A stretch of DNA of 64,000 nt from an uncultured Pelagibacteraceae bacterium (lineage in GTDB: Bacteria; Pseudomonadota; Alphaproteobacteria; Pelagibacterales; Pelagibacteraceae): NCBI GenBank assembly GCA_902547825.1, contig CACCPE010000005.1, positions 2,555-66,554 of the forward strand, given 5' to 3'. Below are positions 56,020 to 64,000 of the stretch, in pieces (positions within the stretch are counted from its first letter, which is position 1; every line of letters begins with the position of its first letter). Made by a program: the position numbers and the translations under genes. Below the pieces are notes generated by a model, which saw nothing but the letters and a program-made list of their open reading frames with translations, was not told where the DNA came from and made no database searches.

Positions 56020-56667
56020 TTACAAAATAATTTTTCTGATTAAATAGACAGCCAATATTCCACCAAGCATCTCAGCAATGATATAGCTAGGAGTATTTAA
56101 GTAATTAATTCCAGTAAATGTGTCTGTAAAAGTTCTTGCGATTGCTACCGCTGGATTTGCAAAAGAAGTTGAAGAGGTAAACCAATACCCCGCTGTTATA
56201 AAAGTAGCTACTGATGAAGCGACCGCAAGTTTGCCGCTCTTTAAAGATCCAAATATCACAAAAATTAATCCAAAAGTTGCAATGATCTCAGCTGTAAAAA
56301 TATTTATTCCAGGTCTTATCTTCTGTGAAAGCTGTAACAAAGGAAGATCAAACATAAAATTTGCTAACATTACCCCTAACATGCAACCTAAGATTTGAGC
56401 AGAGATATAAGTGATAATTAAATTTTTTTTAATCTTGTTGGTAAAATACATTGCTAAAGTAACGACAGGATTGAAATGTGCGCCGGAGATATCACCGATT
56501 GAAGTAATCAGAACAAATAATCCTGCACCTGTAGCTAAAGTATTCGCTATTAACATTACAGCGATATCATCAGTTAGATTTTGAGCCATAATACCTGAAC
56601 CAACAATAATCATGACTAAAAAACAACTTCCTATAAATTCACCAATAAATATCTTTTTACTTTTCAT
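56020..56667 (-). CDS. MIP/aquaglyceroporin, AqpS-like (probable arsenite channel)
   Basis: GSGIMA, ISGAHFNPVV (NPV), YWFTSSTSFANPAV; overlaps arsC. Confidence 0.88.
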   Translation of the reverse strand: MKSKKIFIGEFIGSCFLVMIIVGSGIMAQNLTDDIAVMLIANTLATGAGLFVLITSIGDISGAHFNPVVTLAMYFTNKIKKNLIITYISAQILGCMLGVMLANFMFDLPLLQLSQKIRPGINIFTAEIIATFGLIFVIFGSLKSGKLAVASSVATFITAGYWFTSSTSFANPAVAIARTFTDTFTGINYLNTPSYIIAEMLGGILAVYLIRKIIL

Positions 56668-57100
56668 TTTTTACCCAATGTTTAATTTTTTCATTAATTA
56701 TATTATAAGTTTCTTCAGCTATTAAATTTATTTTATCTTTATTTTTAGTTTTTTTAATTTTTTCAACAGGGTCCGCGATGTCCCAGTGCGTAATGGTCTT
56801 TTTTTTGGGCCATACAGGACAAACTTCTTTATTGGCGTTATTACAAACTGTAATCACGTAATCAATATCAATATCATTTTTTAAAAATTCATCAAAATTT
56901 TTCGAATAATACGTGGCTAAATTAAATTTTTTTCCTTCAAGATACTCTTTAATGTAGGGATTGATTTTCCCTGAAGGATTACTTCCAGCGCTAAATGCGA
57001 TGAATTGATTTCGGAAATTATTGTTTACAATACTTTCCGCTATTATGCTTCTCGCAGAGTTTCCAGTACAAACAAATAATATTGTTTTTATTTTCCTCAT
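56657..57100 (-). CDS. arsC: Arsenate reductase, LMW-PTPase/thioredoxin type
   Basis: CTGNSARS (Cx5R), SAGS, VCNNANKEVCP resolving Cys pair, HWDIADP. Confidence 0.9.
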   Translation of the reverse strand: MRKIKTILFVCTGNSARSIIAESIVNNNFRNQFIAFSAGSNPSGKINPYIKEYLEGKKFNLATYYSKNFDEFLKNDIDIDYVITVCNNANKEVCPVWPKKKTITHWDIADPVEKIKKTKNKDKINLIAEETYNIINEKIKHWVKNEK

Positions 57101-57126
57101 AAAAAATGTATTGAAGTGTCCCGAAC

Positions 57127-57360
57127 TTACGGAACCAAAATTTGATAAAAACCAATAATAAATAATGGAATTTGTAACCCAAAATTGGTTAATATTGCTT
57201 TATCCTTAGAAATAAAACCTGCAATTGTCCAACCAACAACTCCCGCTCCATGAAACATTATATTTACTGGATAAATATTCAAATTTGTTAATAAAATACC
57301 TGTAAGAACTAAAAAAGTACTCAACCATTTAAGGTATTTTTTAATAAACTTCATAATCAA
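57127..57360 (-). CDS. Small 3-TM hypothetical membrane protein
   Basis: Three hydrophobic helices (LKWLST..., IYPVNI, W...KDKAI); co-oriented between gcrA and arsC. Confidence 0.7.
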   Translation of the reverse strand: MIMKFIKKYLKWLSTFLVLTGILLTNLNIYPVNIMFHGAGVVGWTIAGFISKDKAILTNFGLQIPLFIIGFYQILVP

Positions 57361-57387
57361 TTATATGATTGTAATGTTAAAGTTTTG

Positions 57388-57882
57388 TTAACCAGACGAG
57401 GCTTTAACTTTTTTCTCGATAAATTCTGGAATCTCATCACCAAGATCGTCGTCTTTTTGATTTTTAGGTTGAAAGGCATACAAAACATGAAGTTTGCAAT
57501 AAGGAAAATCTCCTTCAGGCTTTCTACCGCAAAAATAGAATTTCTCCTCATTAGGATGACCTATAGGCCACTTGCACGTTTCATCTGTAAGCTCTTCAAG
57601 TGATTTAGGGTTTTCTGGCTCGAAGTTTTTATCTAATAAAATTGATTGAAATTTAGCTTTTCTTGATGTTGGTGCTGGTCCTCTTCTAATCTGTTTATTA
57701 TCATTGGTTCTAGGTGAATTAGATTGCTTTGAAGGGGCTCTAGCTTCTAAATTTAACCTATGAGCTTTTCCAATTACTGCGTTTCTAGTGGTGTCACCTA
57801 ATGCTTCGGCTATCTGACTTGCAGTATGCCCTTTTGACCAGAGTTCTTTCAATTTAGCGACTTTTTCTTCTGTCCAACTCAT
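57388..57882 (-). CDS. gcrA: GcrA cell-cycle regulator
   Basis: MSWTEEKVAKLKELW, TRNAVIGKAHRL, CKWPIGHP, FYFCG, PYCKLH. Confidence 0.93.
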   Translation of the reverse strand: MSWTEEKVAKLKELWSKGHTASQIAEALGDTTRNAVIGKAHRLNLEARAPSKQSNSPRTNDNKQIRRGPAPTSRKAKFQSILLDKNFEPENPKSLEELTDETCKWPIGHPNEEKFYFCGRKPEGDFPYCKLHVLYAFQPKNQKDDDLGDEIPEFIEKKVKASSG

Positions 57883-58018
57883 AGTATATAATTACAATAT
57901 TTAGTAATTATTAAAAACTTAGGGCATAATATTGGGGTTTAAAACATTAAAACGCATCAAAGCTGTGAGTAGATTTAGTTTTGCACAGTTTTTTTAATAA
58001 CAGGTTATAAGACTATCA

Positions 58019-58831
58019 ATGGTTGAAATTTCGAAAAAATATAAAATTGGAAAAAGAAGATTTGGATTAGTTAATTGGTACGGAACATGGACTTTATACA
58101 AAAAAGAAGTTCTTAGATTTTTAATTGTGTGGATACAAACTATTTTTTCTCCACTAATTTCATCTTTACTCTTTTTACTTGTTTTGTCTTTAGCTATTGG
58201 AGCAGATAGAGGCGATGTTCTTGGAGTGCCTTTTATAACTTTTTTAGCGCCAGGGTTGATTTCAATGCAGGTAATTCAGCAATCCTTTTCTCATTCCTCG
58301 TCATCTTTTATGATTAAAAAAATTGATGGAACTATGGTTGATTTATTGTTTGCTCCATTATCTGCTGGGGAAGTTACGATCTCAGTTTCTCTTGCGGCTG
58401 TAACAAGAAGTGTATTAATTGGAATAGTTTCGATTATTGTTTTTAAATTAATTATAGATATTGAAATAAAAAATTATTTCACACTTGTAGCCTTTACTTT
58501 GCTTTCTTCTTTTGTTTTAGGAAACATAGGAATAATTGCAGGATTATGGGCTGAAAAATTCGATCATATGGCAACTGTCACAAATTTTGTAATAGTTCCT
58601 TTGTCTTTCTTATCAGGTACTTTTTATTCAATAGAGAGACTTCCTGATATTTTGCAAGCAGTAAGTAAAGTAAATCCATTTTTTTATATGATTGATGGTT
58701 TTAGATATAGTTTTATTGGCACTTCAGACGGCTCAATCTCTGTTGGTTTAGTATATTTAACTGCCTTAGGCTTTGTTAGCTGGCTTGTTTGTTATTTATT
58801 GTATAAAAAAGGCTATAAAATAAAATCATGA
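58019..58831 (+). CDS. ABC-2 type transporter permease (YadH-like)
   Basis: KEVLRF, QTIFSP, PGLISM, PLSFLSGTFY, NPFFYMIDGFRY. Confidence 0.88.
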   Translation: MVEISKKYKIGKRRFGLVNWYGTWTLYKKEVLRFLIVWIQTIFSPLISSLLFLLVLSLAIGADRGDVLGVPFITFLAPGLISMQVIQQSFSHSSSSFMIKKIDGTMVDLLFAPLSAGEVTISVSLAAVTRSVLIGIVSIIVFKLIIDIEIKNYFTLVAFTLLSSFVLGNIGIIAGLWAEKFDHMATVTNFVIVPLSFLSGTFYSIERLPDILQAVSKVNPFFYMIDGFRYSFIGTSDGSISVGLVYLTALGFVSWLVCYLLYKKGYKIKS

Positions 58832-59991
58832 GTAAAATTTTAAATACTTATAACAGAAAGAAAATCTCTTTTTCTAAGGGAAAAGGGAGTTTCTTATATA
58901 CAAAGAATGGAAAGAAATATTTAGATTTCGTTCAAGGTATTGCTGTGAACTGCCTTGGTCATGCTAATGACTATTTAATAAGATCAATTAATAAACAATC
59001 TAAAAAATTATGGCACGTTTCAAACGTTTTCACTATCCCTGAGCAAGAGAGACTGGCAAAAAGACTAGCCCAAAAAACATTTGCAGATTATGTAACTTTT
59101 CAAAATTCTGGCGCTGAGGCAACAGAGGCAGCTATAAAATTTGCTAGAAGATATTTCTATTCAAAAGGTCAACCAAGAAAAAATAGAGTTCTTTGCATTA
59201 ATAACAGTTTCCATGGAAGAACTATCGCAGCTATATTTGCCAGCAATAGTAAAAAAGCAATTGAAGGTTTTAAACCTAAAGTAGACGGTTTTGATCATTT
59301 CAACTTTGGTGATCACAAAGGTTTAGAGAAAGCGATAACTAGCAGAACAGCTGCTATTATGGTCGAGACAATTATGGGCGAAGGGGGCATTAAGGTTATT
59401 CCAGATTTTTGTCTCAAAGGCTTGAGAAAATTATGTAATAAGAAAAAAATTTTATTAATTCTTGATGAGGTTCAATGCGGTATTGGAAGAAGTGGTAAAT
59501 TTTTTGCTTTTGAATATGCAAAAATTAAACCCGATATTGTCCCAATAGCAAAAGGGATTGGTGGAGGTTTTCCAATAGGTGCAGTTTTAGTAAATAAAAA
59601 GGTGGCCTCAGGCATGAAGCCAGGAACCCATGGATCAACATTTGGAGGGAACCCTTTAGCAATGAGTGCCGGAAATGCAGTCATGGATATTATGTTTAAA
59701 AAAGGTTTCTTAAACAATGTAAGCAAAAATGGAAAATATTTTATTAGTCAACTTGATAAAATTAAAAATAAGTATCCTAAGATTATTAAAGAAGTTAGAG
59801 GGAAAGGACTGCTCATTGGACTTTGTCTTCATGTAAATCAGGTAAAATTTATTCAAAAGCTTTTAGATAATAATTTATTGACAGTAAGAGCTGCTGAAAA
59901 TGTTGTCAGACTTTTGCCTCCTTTGAATGTAACAAAGAGCGAGATAAACCTAGGTTTAAAAATAATAGAGAAAGTTTGCAAAAAATTTTAA
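58828..59991 (+). CDS. argD: Acetylornithine aminotransferase
   Basis: NSGAEA, FHGRT, DEVQCG, AKGIGGG, HGSTFGGN; precedes argF. Confidence 0.93.
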   Translation: MSKILNTYNRKKISFSKGKGSFLYTKNGKKYLDFVQGIAVNCLGHANDYLIRSINKQSKKLWHVSNVFTIPEQERLAKRLAQKTFADYVTFQNSGAEATEAAIKFARRYFYSKGQPRKNRVLCINNSFHGRTIAAIFASNSKKAIEGFKPKVDGFDHFNFGDHKGLEKAITSRTAAIMVETIMGEGGIKVIPDFCLKGLRKLCNKKKILLILDEVQCGIGRSGKFFAFEYAKIKPDIVPIAKGIGGGFPIGAVLVNKKVASGMKPGTHGSTFGGNPLAMSAGNAVMDIMFKKGFLNNVSKNGKYFISQLDKIKNKYPKIIKEVRGKGLLIGLCLHVNQVKFIQKLLDNNLLTVRAAENVVRLLPPLNVTKSEINLGLKIIEKVCKKF

Positions 59992-60918
59992 ATGAAAAAC
60001 TTTATAAATATCTCTGACTGTTCTTCAGTAGAGCTTAGAGCGATTATTGAGGAAGCAAAGAAGAGAAAGCAAAATAGATCTGGATTAAATAAATCTGCAC
60101 CTGATGAAGATAAGCCCTTTGAAGGTAAGTCGATGGCTATGATTTTTGAAAAACCCTCAACAAGAACAAGAATGTCATTTGACATTGCTGTTAAACAATT
60201 AGGTGGATCATCAATTATTTTAAATCCAGATGGCATACATTACGGTAAGGGAGAGGAAACTTTAAAAGATACAGCAAAAGTTCTATCGGAGTATGTAGAC
60301 ATTGTTATGTTGAGAACTTCATCTCACAAAAATTTAGAGGAGTTTGGAAGACATTTAGATGTACCAATTATCAATGGTCTTTCAGATGTGAGCCATCCAT
60401 GTCAAATTATGTCTGATATTCTTACTTACGAAGAAAGTAATGGTTCTATTGAGGGGAAAACTGTTTGTTGGATTGGAGATGGTAATAATAATATGTCAAA
60501 TTCCTTAATAGAAGCTGCAGGAAAATTTAATTTCAAACTTAACATTGGTTGTCCAAAAAAATATTCTCCAAATAAGAGTAAATTAAAGCTAGCGAAAAAA
60601 GAGAAAGTAAAATTAACAATTACTTCTAAACCTCTAGAAGCTGCTGCAGGTGCTGATTGTGTAATGACTGACAAATGGGTTTCAATGAATGATAAAGTAA
60701 ATAAAATTTCTAAAAAGAAAACTTTAAAACCTTATCAAGTTAATAAGAAAATAATGAGTAAGGCAAATTCAGACGCTATTTTTATGCATTGTCTTCCAGT
60801 TGGAAGAGGAGAAGAGGTTACAAATGAAGTAATAGATGGAAAGCAATCAGTTGTTTGGAGACAGGCACTGAACAGAGTTCATGCTCAAAAAAGTATTATT
60901 AAATGGTGTCTCGATTAG
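59992..60918 (+). CDS. argF: Ornithine carbamoyltransferase
   Basis: FEKPSTRTR, HPCQ, WVSM, HCLP. Confidence 0.95.
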   Translation: MKNFINISDCSSVELRAIIEEAKKRKQNRSGLNKSAPDEDKPFEGKSMAMIFEKPSTRTRMSFDIAVKQLGGSSIILNPDGIHYGKGEETLKDTAKVLSEYVDIVMLRTSSHKNLEEFGRHLDVPIINGLSDVSHPCQIMSDILTYEESNGSIEGKTVCWIGDGNNNMSNSLIEAAGKFNFKLNIGCPKKYSPNKSKLKLAKKEKVKLTITSKPLEAAAGADCVMTDKWVSMNDKVNKISKKKTLKPYQVNKKIMSKANSDAIFMHCLPVGRGEEVTNEVIDGKQSVVWRQALNRVHAQKSIIKWCLD

Positions 60919-61460
60919 GGTAAAGGTTTTGGATTATCACCTTTTGAATTCATATATAAAATAACTGAGGCTCTATCTTTTTCTTTTCTAAGACCTGCAA
61001 AAGCCATTTTAGTCCCTTTAATATAAGCTTGCGGCTTAATTAAGTAGCTGTTCATTTCTTCAAAGGACCATTCTTTAGCATAAGCAACCATAGCTTTAGA
61101 ATATTTATAATCACTTACTGAACCAGCTGTTCTTCCAATCACATTCCATAAATTTGGACCTATCATATTTTTTCCACCGGCTGCAATCATATGACAAGCA
61201 CTACATTTTTTAAAAACTTTTTCTCCGTGCGCTAAGTCTCCCATAGCCAATAGAGCTTTTATATCCACTATTTCAGGAACCTTTTCAGTAGATTCATTCG
61301 TGCTACTAGTTGAAGCAACTTCTAATCCCTCAACTTTATAAGCAGTTTGTTCAGGTTTCTCTACGTGGAATAATATGTCTGTGAATTTTCCAATACCAAT
61401 AACAATTAGGGCTGTTAGAAGGACTGCAGCTATTATTTTATTTAATTCAAAACTATCCAT
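60915..61460 (-). CDS. cycM: Membrane-anchored cytochrome c (CycM/cy-type)
   Basis: MDSFELNKI N-terminus with TM, CSACH, GPNL, GTKMAFAG. Confidence 0.9.
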   Translation of the reverse strand: MDSFELNKIIAAVLLTALIVIGIGKFTDILFHVEKPEQTAYKVEGLEVASTSSTNESTEKVPEIVDIKALLAMGDLAHGEKVFKKCSACHMIAAGGKNMIGPNLWNVIGRTAGSVSDYKYSKAMVAYAKEWSFEEMNSYLIKPQAYIKGTKMAFAGLRKEKDRASVILYMNSKGDNPKPLP

Positions 61461-61553
61461 AATTTTGGTAAATACTAATCAGACGTATAACACGAGTTTT
61501 TAAAAAAAAACTTAAAATTACCAAATTTTTTTGCGTCTCTAGGACGCATAATT

Positions 61554-62291
61554 ATGAATAAAACTGCAATAATAATACCCTCAAGATTGGACGCAATGCG
61601 ATTGCCCAATAAACCTCTTAAACTTATAAACAATAAAGAGATGATTCTACATGTTTATGAGGCAGCAATTAAGTCAAATGCTGGAGAGGTTTATGTAGCA
61701 ACACCTGATCAAAAAATAATTGATACTGTAAAAAAAATTGGAGGAAATGCATTTTTAACAGAAGAAAATCATCCGACTGGAACCGATAGGGTGTTTGAGG
61801 TCTTTAAAAAAAATTTAAATGCCAATCCAAACATAATTGTCAATTTACAAGGTGACATGCCAAATATCTCACCAGAGACTATAAATAATTTAGTCGATTA
61901 TATGAATAAAGGTCATTGTGAAATTGGAACTTTAGCAAGTAAATTACGTTCAAATGAAGAACTAGAGGACGAAAATGTTGTTAAGGTCTTAGTAAAAGAA
62001 AAGTTAAAAACGAACATGTACGTTAAAGCCTTAGATTTTGTTAGACTCAAAAATACACAAGACTTTCAAGCTTACCATCATATTGGTATTTATGCCTTTA
62101 CTAATAAAGCTTTATCGCGTTATGTAGGTCTTAAAAGATCAAAACTTGAACTTGAAAGAAAATTAGAACAATTAAGAGCTATGGAAAATGGAATGTCTAT
62201 ACACGCTGGTTATGTAGACTCATCACCTTTAAGTGTAGACACTGAACAAGATTTAGAAGAAATTAAAAAGATAATGAAAACAAATGATTAA
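61554..62291 (+). CDS. kdsB: CMP-KDO synthetase
   Basis: RLPNKPL, TGTDR, NLQGD, HIGIYA, LEQLRAME, VDT. Confidence 0.94.
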   Translation: MNKTAIIIPSRLDAMRLPNKPLKLINNKEMILHVYEAAIKSNAGEVYVATPDQKIIDTVKKIGGNAFLTEENHPTGTDRVFEVFKKNLNANPNIIVNLQGDMPNISPETINNLVDYMNKGHCEIGTLASKLRSNEELEDENVVKVLVKEKLKTNMYVKALDFVRLKNTQDFQAYHHIGIYAFTNKALSRYVGLKRSKLELERKLEQLRAMENGMSIHAGYVDSSPLSVDTEQDLEEIKKIMKTND

Positions 62292-63126
62292 AAAAAAAAT
62301 TGCTATACAGGGCGAGCTTGGAGCTTACTCTCACATTGCTGCAGAAAATCTTTATAAGGACTCTGAAATAAAAACTTGCACTACTTTTGAAGAAACTTTC
62401 AAACAAGCTTATAACGACGCTAATTATAAAATTGTGATACCAATTGAAAACTCTCTGGCAGGTAGAGTTGCCGACATTCACTACCTACTTCCAAAATATA
62501 AATTACAAATCCATGGAGAACATTTTCAAGCGGTTGAACACAACTTATTATGTAAACCAGATGCAACTATAGGTGATATAAAATTTGTTAGAAGCCATGC
62601 ACAGGCGATTGGACAATGTCAAAATTTAATAACTCAAAAAAAATTTAAACCAATAATCTCTGCAGATACTGCTGGTTCAGCTAAAGATTTAGCAGAGGGT
62701 AAAGATAAAACTATAGCCGCAATAGCATCTGAACTTTCTGCCAAAATTTATAATTTAAAAATCCTTGAGAAAAATATTGAGGATGAAAAAGGAAATGTTA
62801 CTCGTTTTTTAATAATGGGTAAAAATATCGAACAACCCGAATTTAAGAAAGAAAAAAAATTTATTACGAGTTGTATATTTAGAGTAAAAAGCGAACCTTC
62901 AGCGCTTTACAAATGTTTGGGAGGTTTTGCGACTAATCAAGTCAACTTGACTAAGCTAGAAAGTTTTTCTGTTAAAAATACTTTTGATCAAGCAAACTTT
63001 TACCTTGATCTTGAAGGTCATTTGGAACAACCTGGAGTAAAAAAGGCTCTTGAAGAACTAGGTTTTCATACTGAAACTCTAGATATTTTGGGAGTTTACG
63101 AGGCTTCGCCATTTAGGCAAAAATAG
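62284..63126 (+). CDS. pheA: Prephenate dehydratase
   Basis: QGELGAYS, PIENS, SHAQAIGQC, NVTRF, NLTKLES. Confidence 0.94.
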   Translation: MIKKKIAIQGELGAYSHIAAENLYKDSEIKTCTTFEETFKQAYNDANYKIVIPIENSLAGRVADIHYLLPKYKLQIHGEHFQAVEHNLLCKPDATIGDIKFVRSHAQAIGQCQNLITQKKFKPIISADTAGSAKDLAEGKDKTIAAIASELSAKIYNLKILEKNIEDEKGNVTRFLIMGKNIEQPEFKKEKKFITSCIFRVKSEPSALYKCLGGFATNQVNLTKLESFSVKNTFDQANFYLDLEGHLEQPGVKKALEELGFHTETLDILGVYEASPFRQK

Positions 63127-63184
63127 TCCACAAAATTAAATTCTGCTCTTGTAGTATTTAAATTGATCTTGATATACTCATATT

Positions 63185-63274
63185 GAGGTTGGCATCAGGT
63201 GGATGTTTCATAAACCCGGTCAGGTCTGAAAAGAAGCAGCCGTAGTGAAAATTATTCAGGTTGTTGCCTGCCTC
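63185..63274 (+). ncRNA. ffs: Signal recognition particle (4.5S) RNA
   Basis: GGTCAGG-TCT-GAAA-AGA-AGCAGCC domain IV core; GAGG/CCTC terminal pairing; usual position upstream of dnaX. Confidence 0.92.
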
Positions 63275-63281
63275 TTTTGAA

Positions 63282-64000
63282 ATGACAAACAAAATTCTAG
63301 CACTTAAATATAGACCACAAGAGTTTAAAGATTTGATTGGACAAGAGGTCATGGCACAAACCATTACTAATGCAATCAAACTTGGAAAAACTCCAAACGC
63401 ATATTTATTAACTGGAATTAGAGGCGTTGGTAAAACCACAACAGCTCGTTTAATTGCTAAAGCTTTAAATTGTACAAAAAATTTTTCTATAGGAGAAAAG
63501 TGTAACGCAAGCGAGAATTGTCATTGTAAAGAAATTGTCGACTCTAATCATATGGATGTTTTAGAAATGGATGCTGCATCAAAAACTGGAATAGATGATG
63601 TTAGAGAGCTAATTGAAAATTCAAAATATAGTCCAACTAGCGCTAAATATAAAATATTTATAATTGACGAAGTTCATATGTTATCAAAACAAGCTTTTAA
63701 TGGTTTATTAAAAACTTTAGAAGAGCCACCACCGAGCTTAAAATTTATACTAGCGACAACGGAGGTGAGGAAGATTCCAGTTACAATACTTTCTAGATGT
63801 CAGAGATTTGATCTAAAAAGAGTTGGTGTAGAACAATTATGCGAACACTTAAAAAAAATAAAGATTAAAGAGAAGGGAGAAATCTCAGATGACGCAATAA
63901 GATTAATTGCTAGAACTTCTGAGGGATCAGTAAGAGACTCTATTTCCTTATTAGATAGAGCTCTTATTTCTCAAAATTTAAATAAAAATAAGGTTATCGA
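63282..64000 (+). CDS. dnaX: DNA polymerase III gamma/tau subunit (truncated at window end)
   Basis: LALKYRPQEFKDLIGQ, GIRGVGKTT, EMDAAS, IDEVHML, ILSRCQRF; no stop before the window end. Confidence 0.95.
   Translation, partial: MTNKILALKYRPQEFKDLIGQEVMAQTITNAIKLGKTPNAYLLTGIRGVGKTTTARLIAKALNCTKNFSIGEKCNASENCHCKEIVDSNHMDVLEMDAASKTGIDDVRELIENSKYSPTSAKYKIFIIDEVHMLSKQAFNGLLKTLEEPPPSLKFILATTEVRKIPVTILSRCQRFDLKRVGVEQLCEHLKKIKIKEKGEISDDAIRLIARTSEGSVRDSISLLDRALISQNLNKNKVI

Noticed and set aside
35530-57126. Mobile-element origin of the P island (integrase, IS, att repeats, tRNA target)
   Set aside because: No recombinase, transposase, tRNA or flanking direct repeat seen; composition looks like the rest of the window
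57883-58018. CtrA box upstream of gcrA
   Set aside because: TTAA half-sites are present but not at TTAA-N7-TTAA spacing
63158-63439. 93-aa minus-strand ORF
   Set aside because: Antisense to the SRP RNA and the dnaX 5' end, which explain the region
1-64000. CRISPR arrays, tRNA/rRNA genes, prophage or defence systems
   Set aside because: No spaced direct repeats, cloverleaf/T-loop signatures, rRNA-like GC-rich tracts or phage/defence genes recognised; intergenic gaps are too short to hide them

Overview
An AT-rich, gene-dense 64-kb chromosomal segment that looks like a streamlined marine alphaproteobacterium, most likely SAR11/Pelagibacterales. This is an inference from the low GC, tiny or overlapping intergenic spacers, Lys/Asn/Ile-rich proteins and gene content such as gcrA. 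Roughly 1-35 kb is core or housekeeping: NCS2 permease, ibpA with a sigma32 promoter and ROSE-like thermometer, ptrB, purEK, rlmN, rmuC, sbcB, trxA and the rnd-kdsD-lptC-lptB-aroA-cmk-rpsA-ihfB-pyrF-trpFBA-accD-folC run. About 35.6-57.1 kb is a contiguous phosphorus-starvation island: ugpBAEC-ugpQ (ugpA has a +1 frameshift in a T9 run), a polybasic microprotein, a DAG kinase divergent from plcP-agt across a Pho box, phoR, an unknown exported protein, pstSCAB-phoU-phoB, sixA, ppk-ppx, a candidate sRNA with a CUCCCA loop, and an aquaporin-arsC pair. The window ends with gcrA, an ABC permease, argD-argF, cytochrome c, kdsB, pheA, SRP RNA and a truncated dnaX. I saw no tRNA, rRNA, CRISPR or mobile element. 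The most interesting unexplained signals are the two-hairpin sRNA candidate (about 55.94-56.01 kb), a tandem-pseudoknot leader (16.68-16.77 kb), several microproteins below the ORF cutoff, and active-site-divergent TrpB, RlmN, SMR and ARH proteins. All homology calls come from motif recognition by eye, not from database searches.
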